This document shows, piece after piece, positions 1-10,557 of a stretch of DNA of 64,000 bases. The stretch lies in contig JAHLWS010000026.1 of the NCBI GenBank assembly GCA_019057795.1, positions 1 to 64,000 on the forward strand, given 5' to 3'. The notes under the pieces were generated by a model that worked only from the letters and a program-made list of their open reading frames with translations, had not been told where the DNA came from and ran no database searches. Source of the stretch: Promethearchaeota archaeon (GTDB taxonomy: Archaea; Asgardarchaeota; Lokiarchaeia; Sigyniarchaeales; SOKP01). Made by a program: the position numbers and the translations under genes. Position 1 is the stretch's first letter. Each line of letters starts with the position of its first letter.

Positions 1-1
1 A

Positions 2-995
2 GATTATACTGACGGTGTGTGGGGTACAGATACCGAAATAATGTATGCTACATATAACATTGCAACAGGATGGTCCAATGTCGCCTTAATTTCAGACGGT
101 TATAATGGCAGCTATTGGAACGACGGAGGTAGTTACGATCCCGCAATCGCTATTGATAGTAGCGACAGAGTTCATGTAGTATGGTATGATTATACTGACG
201 GTGTGTGGGGTACAGATGCCGAAATAATGTATGCTACTTATAACAATGCAACAGGATGGTCTAATGCCATCGTAATTTCAGACGGCAATAGTGGTGTTTA
301 TTGGAACGATGGATATAGTGGAACTCCCGCAATCGCTATTGATAGTAGCGATAAAGTTCACGTAGTTTGGGAAGATAATACTGACGGTGTGTGGGGTACA
401 GATGTCGAAATATTGTATGCTACATATAACATTGCAACAGGATGGTCCAATGTCACCTTAATTTCTGATGGGTTAAACGATATTTACTGGAATGATGGTC
501 ATAGTGTCAAGCCCGAAATCGCTGTTGATAGTAGCGATAGAGTTCATGTAGTATGGGACGATTATACTGACGGTGTGTGGAGTGCAGATGTCGAAATAAA
601 TGGTCCTACAGATGTCGAAATAATGTATGCTACATATAACATTGCATCAGGATGGTCCAATGTTACCTTAATTTCTGATGGATATAACGGTAGTTACTGG
701 AACGATGGTATTAGTCTCGGGTGCGCAATCGCTGTTGATAGTAGCGATAAAGTTTACGTAGTTTGGGACGATACTACTGATGGGGTATGGGGTACAGATA
801 CCGAAATAATGTATGCTATATATAATAATGCAACAGGATGGTCTAATGCCACCGTAATTTCAGACGGTTATAATGGCTGCTATTGGAACGATTGTCAAAG
901 CCGAGACCCAACGATTGCTATTAGTACAAATGAAGTTCATGTGGTCTGGGAAGATAATACTGACGGTGTGTGGGGTACAGATTTTGAAATAATGC
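2..995 (+). repeat. Intragenic tandem repeats of ~186 nt (about 5 units visible)
   Basis: Recurrent ACTGACGGTGTGTGGGGTACAGAT...GCAACAGGATGGTC motifs. Confidence 0.85.
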
Positions 996-1126
996 ATATC
1001 GACTTTGAGATACCTGTCCCTCCTGTTGTTAGCGGTCCTGGAGGTATTCCTTTCGGGAATTTTTACCTTTTGTTTATAGCTATTAGTATAATAGGACTTG
1101 TAGCATATAAGAAGCGAAAAATATAA
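2..1126 (+). CDS. 5'-truncated secreted repeat (beta-propeller-like) surface protein with C-terminal membrane anchor/sorting signal
   Basis: Frame is open from the window edge. ~62-aa repeats (PAIAIDSSDxVHVVWxDxTDGVWGTDxEIMYA...WND). Ends GIPFGNF + hydrophobic helix + KKRKI. Confidence 0.8.
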   Translation, partial: DYTDGVWGTDTEIMYATYNIATGWSNVALISDGYNGSYWNDGGSYDPAIAIDSSDRVHVVWYDYTDGVWGTDAEIMYATYNNATGWSNAIVISDGNSGVYWNDGYSGTPAIAIDSSDKVHVVWEDNTDGVWGTDVEILYATYNIATGWSNVTLISDGLNDIYWNDGHSVKPEIAVDSSDRVHVVWDDYTDGVWSADVEINGPTDVEIMYATYNIASGWSNVTLISDGYNGSYWNDGISLGCAIAVDSSDKVYVVWDDTTDGVWGTDTEIMYAIYNNATGWSNATVISDGYNGCYWNDCQSRDPTIAISTNEVHVVWEDNTDGVWGTDFEIMHIDFEIPVPPVVSGPGGIPFGNFYLLFIAISIIGLVAYKKRKI

Positions 1127-1236
1127 TTAACACTTTATTTTTTTTCTATTTTTATTAAAATGCCTTTACTTAAGTAAATCCTATTATAGTAGAATTAGCA
1201 ATAATGTTAAAGAAATAACGGATATTTATAAAGAAC

Positions 1237-2160
1237 TCATAAAATAAGAGCTCCAATAGCTCCAGCAAACTCTGAATTTTCAATAAACACTGGTTTTTTC
1301 CTTTTAAATTTACAAAGTAGTGATAGAATTTGTTTTACAGTTTTATTTCCCATCAGAAAGCCTCCACAGAAAACAATATTTTTCATGTTATAGTTTTCAG
1401 CCATAAGAGTAGCAATCGTTCCAATGTTTTCTCCAATAATTCCAATTAGGGAATTAATTAGATCTTCCTTTTTTAATGATTTGATATCAAAATCTTTTTT
1501 AATCTTGCCTAAAGAAGCTGCTGTAAATTCTCTAAATAATTTATCAACTCTAGTATCTTCAATATCATAAATGTCAGCTACTTTTAAGTCAATGCTAAAT
1601 CGGTTCCCCTTACGAGCTAGATCAATTGCATCAAAATAGTCATCCATATTAAATAACAATTTAATTAATCCCATGAATAAACCTCCGCCCATAGCAGATC
1701 CTCCTATATGTTCGAAATTAGAGTTGAGGAAATGATCGGAATCGGAGAGCGCCTTAACATTATCGCTTTTTAGTACGATTGATGTTCCAGTCCCTATAGT
1801 AACTATTACTGAAGCCGGTAGAGCCCGGTTTTTATAATATTTATAGAGAAACTCCAATCCCTCTATATTTGCTTCAAATTCGTTAATTAAACTAGTTTTA
1901 GTTTCGTTAGAATATTTCTTATATAGCGAAAAAGCCTTTCCTCCAGTGAAATTAATAAAACTAAAATTTTTTCTATTAAAATCTAAAAATTCGATTATTT
2001 CACGAAAATCTGGTCCCGTTTGGCTCATAGATAGCATGATTTCATTTTCTTTGCAGTACGCAACCTTTGTTAAGCTCTGACCGATATCTATTCCTACAAC
2101 ATTGGAAGGAATATTTATTTCTGAATGTTCTAACCGAATCTTTAATTCGAATTGCTTCAA
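1237..2160 (-). CDS. Type II (fumble/CoaW-like) pantothenate kinase
   Basis: GIDIGQSLTK, TGG, NEFEA, IGTGTS, GGSAMGGG, GN..DLKVADIY, ASLGK, FAGAIGA motifs. Confidence 0.85.
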   Translation of the reverse strand: MKQFELKIRLEHSEINIPSNVVGIDIGQSLTKVAYCKENEIMLSMSQTGPDFREIIEFLDFNRKNFSFINFTGGKAFSLYKKYSNETKTSLINEFEANIEGLEFLYKYYKNRALPASVIVTIGTGTSIVLKSDNVKALSDSDHFLNSNFEHIGGSAMGGGLFMGLIKLLFNMDDYFDAIDLARKGNRFSIDLKVADIYDIEDTRVDKLFREFTAASLGKIKKDFDIKSLKKEDLINSLIGIIGENIGTIATLMAENYNMKNIVFCGGFLMGNKTVKQILSLLCKFKRKKPVFIENSEFAGAIGALIL

Positions 2161-2222
2161 AATATTTAACCACTCTTAATATTTTAATAAAGATTTATTT
2201 AATTATTTAATTTTAATATTTT

Positions 2223-3626
2223 GTGATAGAGAACTCTAATATGAATAGTATAGAAGTTGCAATTATTAAAAGTGGTAGTTCAAGTGAAGCAATAACCGAG
2301 GGAATTGAAAAACTTGGCGGAATTTCGGGATTCATAGAAAAGGGAGATCAAGTTTTCGTAAAAATCAATTTAAGAACGCCAGAAGGATTTCCCGTTAATA
2401 ATAATTTTGATACAATTAAAACTATAATAAATTTATGCAAAGAAGCAGATGCGAAAAACATTTTTGTTGGGAGTTATCCCTTTAATAGATTAACAACTAA
2501 TTCGGTTGCTAAAACTTTAGGGATTCAGTCGTATGTAGAAAAACTGGGGGCAGAATTTGTATTTTTAGAAGATCAAAACAAATACCCTTTAAAATCCGTT
2601 GAGATAAATGGTAAAACTATAGAATTTCCAAAAGTAATACTTGAATCTGATAGGTTAATCTTATTGAACCAAGTTAGCGTAGATCCTCTGTTTAAATGCA
2701 CGATATCATTACTAAACACCTATTCTCTTGTGTCTAATCAATTTCAAAAAATTCAAAAAAATGTAAGAAGCGGAAAAGATTACTTACATTTAGATCAATA
2801 CAAACAGGATTTAATTACTAATATCCTTGATGTTTTCAGCGTCAAAAAGCCAAATCTAGTTATAAACGATCTGTTCTACTTTTTAGAAGGCGCTGGACCG
2901 TTTATCTACAAAGATTCTAATTTGAAGCGTACAAATTTAATTGTAGTAGGAAATGATGCGGTAGCAGTTGATTTAATTACTTTAAGATTGTTCGAGATTG
3001 ATTTATTAAACAGTGATATTCTCTTAGAAGCGCGCCATAGAAGCTTAGGAATAACTGATATACCTAATATTAAGTTAATAGGCGAAAATCTTGAAGACTT
3101 CATATTAAATGTTGATTTTTGCGTGAGTAAATTAGAAGATATTAATTTAAAAAATACTTATGTGAAAGCGGGGCGAATTTGCTCTGGATGCTTCAAAGAA
3201 GCGTATCATCTATTGAATCTAATGAAAACTCACATGACAAAAGATTTAAAATATATAAAAAAACAATCCTTCTTGATCGGAGAAAAGCCTCCAAAACCAG
3301 AATCTTTAGAAAATCTTATTTTGTTTGGAGATTGTGCTATTGAAAGCACAGAGAATCGTGAGTTTAGAAGAATTATTATTACAAATAGCAAGGATTACTT
3401 TGAAACTGCTAAAAAAAAGCTAAAAAAAGATTTCAAAGCTCAAGATAAACCCCAAATTAAGGAAAAAGTAAACAAAAAGATTGTCGAACTTCCAGGGTGT
3501 CCTCCAAGTAGATTTGATTGCATAAATTCTCTTGTTAGCTATTACGGAAAATCACAAGTCCCAAATTTATACTTTTTTAATAATCTAATAAAAACATATT
3601 ATAATCGAGAGACAGATAAAAAATAG
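2223..3626 (+). CDS. DUF362 family Fe-S protein
   Basis: GDQVFVKIN, EGAGP, DAVAVD motifs; CSGC, GDC, PGCPP cysteines. Confidence 0.75.
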   Translation: MIENSNMNSIEVAIIKSGSSSEAITEGIEKLGGISGFIEKGDQVFVKINLRTPEGFPVNNNFDTIKTIINLCKEADAKNIFVGSYPFNRLTTNSVAKTLGIQSYVEKLGAEFVFLEDQNKYPLKSVEINGKTIEFPKVILESDRLILLNQVSVDPLFKCTISLLNTYSLVSNQFQKIQKNVRSGKDYLHLDQYKQDLITNILDVFSVKKPNLVINDLFYFLEGAGPFIYKDSNLKRTNLIVVGNDAVAVDLITLRLFEIDLLNSDILLEARHRSLGITDIPNIKLIGENLEDFILNVDFCVSKLEDINLKNTYVKAGRICSGCFKEAYHLLNLMKTHMTKDLKYIKKQSFLIGEKPPKPESLENLILFGDCAIESTENREFRRIIITNSKDYFETAKKKLKKDFKAQDKPQIKEKVNKKIVELPGCPPSRFDCINSLVSYYGKSQVPNLYFFNNLIKTYYNRETDKK

Positions 3627-3642
3627 AGAGATTAAATTCACT

Positions 3643-5193
3643 ATGATAAATCAATTTTTCAAGGAAAACTGGCTAAAAATCTTAAAGTTTAACTCAAAAG
3701 TAAATATAATTGAAGACCCAAAAGAGTTAAAAGAAACGGTAAGAATTCCCTTAACACCAAATGAAATTAATCCCTTCCTTTTGTATCGCTTGTTTGAGCT
3801 CTTATATCCTAAATTCATAAACGACCAACAAAATATTCTTGATATAGTAATATCAGATTTCGAGCTCGATAACATCGTATTTGGACTTTACTTGTATGAA
3901 ACTACTAAACCAGGAATACATGCAAGAATTAAAGGACTTCCTAAAGATTCTATTGAAATTAAACAAGATGATTTACACAATCTGGATACACTCTTCAATA
4001 GAATTCAATTAATTATACAAAAAGACCACGGAATAAAGATTTCTTGTATAAGATTGATAAGAAAAAGAACCATCGATTTAATGAATAGTCACTGCGAAAG
4101 ATTGACCAAGTCCACTTATTACGAATTTATTCAGAGTCTTCTAGATATAATTCAAATTTTACTAGAGCAGGAATTAATTTTTATTTATCCTGAACCAAAT
4201 ATTTTAAGATTTCTGAAAAGTAGCGTTACTTTACTGGACGGCATTAAATTCTCAAAAGTCTTTGAATTCATTGAAAGCGTAATCCCTTCATTTAACGCAT
4301 TATTTGTAATAAATTCCAATAATCCACCAATATTCCTAAAAATAAAAAAGGATAATACAAAATCTTTACATCCCGAAATTGAACTCAATTTAAATGGGTT
4401 AGAAAGCGAAAAATTTGATTTTGACGAGCAAAATCTCTTACCAGACTTAAAGGGCCTTCAAGCTGATTTTAAAACTGAAAAAATAATTAACATAGACCAA
4501 AGTTCTCTTCTCAATTTTCTTTCAGAATTATTTGAAATGGAAGTTCCCCCGAGCAAAGAAAAAGTAAAATTAATCCTCCAAAAGCTTTTGTATGGAATCA
4601 GAAGTTACGATTTATATTGGAATATGGTTCCCAAGCCAATAATATCCAATACTCTAATTAGGTTTTTAATTAGACTTTTTGGAATCAATCTTAATCTAAA
4701 GAAACTTTCTCATTGGGCTACACCGGACTTTTTTTTCGGGCTTATTGATACTTATATAGGACTAAATGCTAATATTTTAATTATTTTAACTGAGCAAAGA
4801 AATAAAACTCCAAATTTAAATAATCTTATGCTCGTAAGAATTGAAAATGGGTCTATAAATAAGCTTGAATATATTAACGATAAAAATTTTCTTTCTAAAG
4901 TTGATCAAGAGTCGCTTGAATCAATTAGGTTAAGTGTTTCTGAAAAATTTGGTTTTATTACAACCGTTTTTAAAGTAGATAAATTCCTTATTAAGGCCGT
5001 TCTAAGCGCTTTTCTTATCAATTTTCACAAAACTTCTTTGTTTTCAATCTTAAAAGTTCTCAAATTATTGAAAAAACAGCAATATTTTCAAATATATCCT
5101 GAAATACCCCCATATACCTTAATAAAGAATAAAAGAAGTTTTTCTCTTTTAAAAGATGTGTTGTCTATTGTTATCGATAAACACGAGTTTTAG
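3643..5193 (+). CDS. Hypothetical protein
   Basis: 516-aa ORF downstream of DUF362 gene, no recognised motif. Confidence 0.6.
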   Translation: MINQFFKENWLKILKFNSKVNIIEDPKELKETVRIPLTPNEINPFLLYRLFELLYPKFINDQQNILDIVISDFELDNIVFGLYLYETTKPGIHARIKGLPKDSIEIKQDDLHNLDTLFNRIQLIIQKDHGIKISCIRLIRKRTIDLMNSHCERLTKSTYYEFIQSLLDIIQILLEQELIFIYPEPNILRFLKSSVTLLDGIKFSKVFEFIESVIPSFNALFVINSNNPPIFLKIKKDNTKSLHPEIELNLNGLESEKFDFDEQNLLPDLKGLQADFKTEKIINIDQSSLLNFLSELFEMEVPPSKEKVKLILQKLLYGIRSYDLYWNMVPKPIISNTLIRFLIRLFGINLNLKKLSHWATPDFFFGLIDTYIGLNANILIILTEQRNKTPNLNNLMLVRIENGSINKLEYINDKNFLSKVDQESLESIRLSVSEKFGFITTVFKVDKFLIKAVLSAFLINFHKTSLFSILKVLKLLKKQQYFQIYPEIPPYTLIKNKRSFSLLKDVLSIVIDKHEF

Positions 5194-5202
5194 ATAAGAC
5201 GA

Positions 5203-6297
5203 TTACTTTAAAAAACCCTTAACTTTTAATAATTCAGCGTTTAAGATTGCTCCACCTGCCGCACCTCTAATTGTATTATGACTTAACGCGACAAACTTGT
5301 AATCGAAAACATTATCTTTTCTTAATCGACCGACAGTAACTGCCATACCTTTATCGTTATCTCTATCCTTCCTTGGTTGTGGCCTATCAACGTTTTCTAA
5401 GTAAATAATAGGTTGTTTTGGCGCGAACGGTAAATCTAATTCTTGAGGAACTGATTTAAACTCTTTCCAAATTTTAATAATTTCTTCTTTTGTGGGTATT
5501 TTATTTTTAAATTTCACATTGACACATGCCGTGTGGCCGTCTGTAACTGGAACCCGTGTACAAGTTGCACTTATTTGTATTGAATCGTTGTTAATTATTC
5601 CTTTTTCTCCAACTTTTCCTAAGACTTTTAAGGGCTCCTTTTCAGATTTCTCTTCCTCTCCTCCAATATAAGGCACGATGTTATCCACCATATCTAAAGA
5701 AGGGACCCCAGGGTATCCCGCCCCAGAAACAGCTTGAAGTGTAGTTATGATCAATTTTTCTACTTTAAATCCATTTACTTCGAGAGCATAAATTGGCGTC
5801 ATGTAACTCTGAATTGAACAATTAGGTTTGACCACGACAAATCCTTTTGATATCCCTCTATTTTTTTGTTGAATAGAAATTATTTCTGTGTGACTATGGT
5901 TGATTTCTGGGATTATCATGGGTACATCCGCGGTCCATCTGTTTGCTGAACTGTTACTGATAACGGGAATACCTTTCTTAGCGTACTTAAATTCAATTTT
6001 TTTTGTATCTTCTTTTTGTGGTAAGTCCATAGCTGAAAATACGAACCTTATATTAGATTTAAGGGAGTTAAAATCTTGAACATCTCTGACAATTAAATCT
6101 TTAACTTCTTTTGGGATTTCTATTGACATCTGCCACTTTTCCTTTACAGCTTCCTCGTAAGGTTTATCTGCGGATCTATGTGAAGCTGCAACATCAGCAA
6201 TTTTAAACCAGGGGTGTTCTTTCAATAATTTAATATAATTCTGTCCAACAACCCCAGTTGCTCCCAATATACCAATTTTTATTTTTTCCGAAGGCAT
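5203..6297 (-). CDS. asd: Aspartate-semialdehyde dehydrogenase (archaeal/fungal type)
   Basis: GATGVVG, PNCS, QAVSGAG, TRVPVTDGH, HNTIRGAAG. Confidence 0.95.
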   Translation of the reverse strand: MPSEKIKIGILGATGVVGQNYIKLLKEHPWFKIADVAASHRSADKPYEEAVKEKWQMSIEIPKEVKDLIVRDVQDFNSLKSNIRFVFSAMDLPQKEDTKKIEFKYAKKGIPVISNSSANRWTADVPMIIPEINHSHTEIISIQQKNRGISKGFVVVKPNCSIQSYMTPIYALEVNGFKVEKLIITTLQAVSGAGYPGVPSLDMVDNIVPYIGGEEEKSEKEPLKVLGKVGEKGIINNDSIQISATCTRVPVTDGHTACVNVKFKNKIPTKEEIIKIWKEFKSVPQELDLPFAPKQPIIYLENVDRPQPRKDRDNDKGMAVTVGRLRKDNVFDYKFVALSHNTIRGAAGGAILNAELLKVKGFLK

Positions 6298-6411
6298 ATT
6301 AGTTCAAGTTGATATTAAATTTTTAAACTCTTAAATGAGTAATTATAGAATAATTTTATTAAATTATTAATTTATAAATATCATAATAATCAAAAACTTG
6401 TTGTAAAATAT

Positions 6412-7773
6412 ATGCCAAGCCAAAATGCTGATTTATTGAAAAAAGCTGAACAGTTGACATTTCAATCAAAAATCGCAATAAGAAATAAAAATTACGAATC
6501 AGCTATTTCGTCTTTATTAATAGCTAGAGATCTCTATACTAAATTAGGATTAACAGGAGAAATTGGGATAGTAATAAAAGAAATTGTTCGATTAAAGAAT
6601 TTAAAAAAAGAGGAAAATGTCTCTTTAACCGTTTCTAAAGATCAATTTATTACTCCCAACGATAGAATCCCTATTAAATCAAGGTTGAATAGTGAAAAAG
6701 TAGCACAGTCTGAAGATAATCAGATATCGGAGATAAAGGGAAACGAAATTTTAGAAATTGCTAGAAACTTAGCTCTAGAAGACAAATTCGATGAATCTGT
6801 GAAGCTTTATAACAATGCTTATAATATTTTCAAGCAACTTAGTTATGATTACGAATGTAAGCAAATATTATGGCAAATAAATGAAATTAAGGAGTACCAA
6901 CGATGGGCTCAATTACGAAAATCTAAAGGCATTCAAGTCACCTTAAAAGATATCGTAGCGTTAGCTTCTGCTGAAAGAAGGCGACAGAGAATACAAAAAG
7001 GCTTAGGCGTAGGGAGAAAACCTATAGAACTTGCTGGAAGTAAATTAGAAAAACAAAAAGACCCAGTTATAACTCAACATAAAAAATACAAATTATTTGA
7101 ACAAATGAAAAAAAGCGAGGAAATGGAAAGGGAGCTAGCAAACAGGTCAATTTCAATAGCACAAGAACAACATGAACAAAAAAATCAAAAAAGGAAAGAA
7201 CATCAAAACAAATTAAAACTACTTCGAGAAAAGAAAATGCAAGAAGAAGCTCTTACTGCAAAAGCACAGGATCTTTTAGGCAAGGGAAACCAAAGTCTTC
7301 AACAAAAAGATTACGACGAGGCTAAATCTTTATATAGACAAGCGATTGAATTATTTATTCAGCTTGGTTGGCGTGATCAAATAACTCATTTCGCAAATGA
7401 GTTATTAAATATAGATCGATATAAAAAAGAAGAAGAATTGAAGTTAGAGCGAGCTACACTAAAAAAATTAGAAGAGGAACAAGAATTTCAGAAAAAAGTT
7501 TCAAGTATTTTAAGTGAGAAGCAAAAACATAAAGCAAAGCTACAGCAAAGACAACTTGCTCTTTCTCCTGAAATTAAAAATAAGTTAGAGAAAGCAGAGC
7601 TAACAAGAGCTAAAGCAGAAAAAGAAGAGAGTATGAACAAATTTTCCAGAGTTCTGGCTCGGTATCAGTATATTCTTCAATTATACGAATCAATTCCTAA
7701 AGATTCCATTGATTTATCTATCAAAGTTTCAGAAATAGAGCAAAAGATTTTAGAGTTAAAAGCGAAATTGTAA
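6412..7773 (+). CDS. TPR-like/coiled-coil helical protein
   Basis: Repeated helical hairpins (YDEAKSLYRQAIELF) plus charged coiled coils. Confidence 0.6.
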   Translation: MPSQNADLLKKAEQLTFQSKIAIRNKNYESAISSLLIARDLYTKLGLTGEIGIVIKEIVRLKNLKKEENVSLTVSKDQFITPNDRIPIKSRLNSEKVAQSEDNQISEIKGNEILEIARNLALEDKFDESVKLYNNAYNIFKQLSYDYECKQILWQINEIKEYQRWAQLRKSKGIQVTLKDIVALASAERRRQRIQKGLGVGRKPIELAGSKLEKQKDPVITQHKKYKLFEQMKKSEEMERELANRSISIAQEQHEQKNQKRKEHQNKLKLLREKKMQEEALTAKAQDLLGKGNQSLQQKDYDEAKSLYRQAIELFIQLGWRDQITHFANELLNIDRYKKEEELKLERATLKKLEEEQEFQKKVSSILSEKQKHKAKLQQRQLALSPEIKNKLEKAELTRAKAEKEESMNKFSRVLARYQYILQLYESIPKDSIDLSIKVSEIEQKILELKAKL

Positions 7774-7815
7774 TATTTTAGGCTTCTTTTATATAACTAA
7801 TTAATTAATTAAATT

Positions 7816-8871
7816 TTGTTACAAAATTTCATGAAGAACCCCTTTTTAGGATTTTCCCACGTCCATAATTCAAAAGAATTATTAGACATAGCTTTTAAGA
7901 GAGCTATGAAAAGTAGCGCTCAAGTCTCAAAGAATGCGCCTATTCTTTTAAAGGCAAAAAAAAAGGAATTTACACGAATAAAAGTAGCAATTAAGGAATT
8001 AATAGAGAGAATACTTGTTATAATTAAGAAAGTGCCAATAATAGACGATCTACCTGATTTTTACAAAGAGTTAGCTTCATTATTGGTCGATGTTGACGAG
8101 TTAAAATTAACTCTTGGAAAACTTAATGGAATTTTACCCGTTTTAAGCAAATTAGAAAGGGAACATTCAAAAAAATTAAGTCAGATTGAAACACCTAAAG
8201 ACGCTGATCGAATCAGAAGAGCTGCTTTCGGAAGAGTTTCCTCGATAATTAGAAAACAAAATAAAAACCTCGAATATTTAAATAGCGTTAGAGGGAGATT
8301 AAAAGAAATCCCCTCGCTCGATTATACTACGCATTGTATCGTAGTCGCGGGATATCCTAATGTGGGAAAAAGTAGTATTGTGAAAAATATTTCAACGAAC
8401 AAAAAAGTTGAAATTCAAGAATACCCATTCACAACAAAAAAATTATCATTAGGCCATCTATTTATCGAGAAGAGATTTGATTCAATTAAATTACAAATTA
8501 TGGATACACCCGGAATATTGGACAGGTCAATGGCAGAAAGAAACAACATTGAATTACAAGCAGTTTTAGCCCTAAAACTAATATCTGACTTAATTCTTTT
8601 CGTGTTTGACCCAACTCCCGCATGTGGTTATTCTATTGATTCGCAATTGGACTTATTTTACGAAATTAAAAATAATTTTACAAAAGAGGGAAAAATCCAG
8701 ATGGTAATTCTATTCAATAAAATGGATCTAGCCAACTCTGATGAGATTGAATATCTTAAAGAAAAATTAAATATAAGAGACGAAGAGTATTTTTTAATTA
8801 ACGCTTTAACCGGAGAAAACCTTGATAAAGTAATTTATTATTTAAAAGATAAGTATGATAACTCACAGTAA
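7816..8871 (+). CDS. NOG1-family GTPase (ribosome biogenesis)
   Basis: GYPNVGKSS, YPFTTK, DTPGILDR, NKMD. Confidence 0.92.
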   Translation: MLQNFMKNPFLGFSHVHNSKELLDIAFKRAMKSSAQVSKNAPILLKAKKKEFTRIKVAIKELIERILVIIKKVPIIDDLPDFYKELASLLVDVDELKLTLGKLNGILPVLSKLEREHSKKLSQIETPKDADRIRRAAFGRVSSIIRKQNKNLEYLNSVRGRLKEIPSLDYTTHCIVVAGYPNVGKSSIVKNISTNKKVEIQEYPFTTKKLSLGHLFIEKRFDSIKLQIMDTPGILDRSMAERNNIELQAVLALKLISDLILFVFDPTPACGYSIDSQLDLFYEIKNNFTKEGKIQMVILFNKMDLANSDEIEYLKEKLNIRDEEYFLINALTGENLDKVIYYLKDKYDNSQ

Positions 8872-8957
8872 TTATCAAAATTGACTCGAAACTCTATCTT
8901 TATTAAATACAAACTTTATTTATTATTTTACAGATAGTTCTATTTAGAAATTTTTAT

Positions 8958-9452
8958 ATGCTTAGCCGGAGAAAAATAATTATGGAAGAATTTAAGATTA
9001 ATTTTGGTAATCTAAAAGTTGATCAATTGGGTTATGTATTCAAAGACATTGAAAAGCAGGCAAAGATAATGGAATCCATGTTTGGATTTTCAAAATTTAT
9101 TTTTGGTGATTGGCATACATATAGCATGAAATTTCGAGGTAATAATTCAGAAATAACTTTCAGAATGGCATTCAGTAGATTAGGTAGTACCCAGGTGGAA
9201 TTAATACAATGGAAATCTGGAGATTGTTCATATAAGAAATTTCTTGATAAGGGTAATGAAGGCTTTCATCATATTGCTTGTTATATTGAGGATATAGATT
9301 CATATATAAAAGAATTTGAGAAAATTGGAATAGGGATTTTACAAGAAGGGGTAGTTTTAAATACACGAATTGCATATATGGATACTCAAAACACTTTCGG
9401 TACGATTGTAGAACTATTAGAAAAAATTAGACGTAGAAAGAAGAAGAAATAG
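8958..9452 (+). CDS. VOC/glyoxalase family protein (methylmalonyl-CoA epimerase-like)
   Basis: QLGYV, VELIQ, EGFHHIA, VELLE. Confidence 0.8.
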   Translation: MLSRRKIIMEEFKINFGNLKVDQLGYVFKDIEKQAKIMESMFGFSKFIFGDWHTYSMKFRGNNSEITFRMAFSRLGSTQVELIQWKSGDCSYKKFLDKGNEGFHHIACYIEDIDSYIKEFEKIGIGILQEGVVLNTRIAYMDTQNTFGTIVELLEKIRRRKKKK

Positions 9453-9463
9453 AAAATTATAAT

Positions 9464-10543
9464 ATGACGAACCAATTCATTCTCGGTTTAGATATCGGAG
9501 GAGCAAACACAAAAGCTGCGCTCATTGAATTTTCCAATTTAAAAATTATTCATTCTTTTTCCTATATTGAATATTTTCCGTTTTGGGAGAAAACTTTAAA
9601 CCACATTCCTAAAATGCTCAAGAGAATCGTAGAAAACCTAATTATAAAGAACAAGGTAACCTTAAAAGAAGTAGACTTTATCTCTATTGCTATTACTGCC
9701 GAACTTTCAGATGCGTTTCCAACTAAACGCGAAGGTATTTCTACAATATTAGATGCTTTAGAACAAGTCTTTGATGCCGAAAAAATGTTCTTTATTAACA
9801 ATAATAGCAAATTTACCAATTTTTCTCAAGCAAAAGAAGAATCTACATCAATTGCGGCTGCGAATTGGGCGTCAACATCGTTATTTTTAGGTAAATTCGT
9901 TCCCAAATGCATTCTTATTGATGCGGGCTCTACTACTATTGATATAATCCCTATTTTAAATTCTGTACCTGTTGCTAAGGGAAAAAACGATGTTGAGAGG
10001 TTAATAAATCACGAATTGATTTATACGGGTGGTTTACGGGCAACAATACCATCTATAACTCACTTCGTTCCCTATAAAGGAAAGATGGCTCGAATTTCTT
10101 TCGAAAAGTTTGCTCTAGTTTCGGATGTTCATAGAATATTAAACCATATTTCTGACGAAGAATATCTTAATGATACTGCAGATAGTCGTTCAAAATCGTT
10201 AGAAAATTGCTACGCCCGATTAGCAAGGGTGATATGTATGGACTTAGAAACGATTTCAAAAACTGAATTAGATACAATTGCGAAATATATTTATGATGAA
10301 CAACTGGAGATAATTATAACCGAAATTCAAGAATTTATGAAAGACTTAACTCTTAGAAAGCCTGAATTTAACAATGAGCCAAAATTTGTTATTACCGGAT
10401 TATCTGCTGGATTTTTAATTAAAAAAGTTCTACAAAAATTAGGGTATAGGAATATTTTAAGCTATGAAGAAATAACTAATATACCGGATCACATTAGTTC
10501 TTCCGCTTTTGCTGTTGCGGGAGCATTTTATTTTCAATTATAA
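9464..10543 (+). CDS. mfnF: Hydantoinase-A-fold methanofuran biosynthesis enzyme (MfnF-like)
   Basis: GLDIGGANTK, TAELSDAF, AANW, DAGSTTIDIIP; adjacent to MfnE-like kinase. Confidence 0.75.
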   Translation: MTNQFILGLDIGGANTKAALIEFSNLKIIHSFSYIEYFPFWEKTLNHIPKMLKRIVENLIIKNKVTLKEVDFISIAITAELSDAFPTKREGISTILDALEQVFDAEKMFFINNNSKFTNFSQAKEESTSIAAANWASTSLFLGKFVPKCILIDAGSTTIDIIPILNSVPVAKGKNDVERLINHELIYTGGLRATIPSITHFVPYKGKMARISFEKFALVSDVHRILNHISDEEYLNDTADSRSKSLENCYARLARVICMDLETISKTELDTIAKYIYDEQLEIIITEIQEFMKDLTLRKPEFNNEPKFVITGLSAGFLIKKVLQKLGYRNILSYEEITNIPDHISSSAFAVAGAFYFQL

Positions 10544-10557
10544 TATATGGGGTTTTT

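Noticed and set aside
2-995. CRISPR-like periodic repeats
   Set aside because: Repeats are in-frame protein-coding units with no unique spacers and no cas genes.
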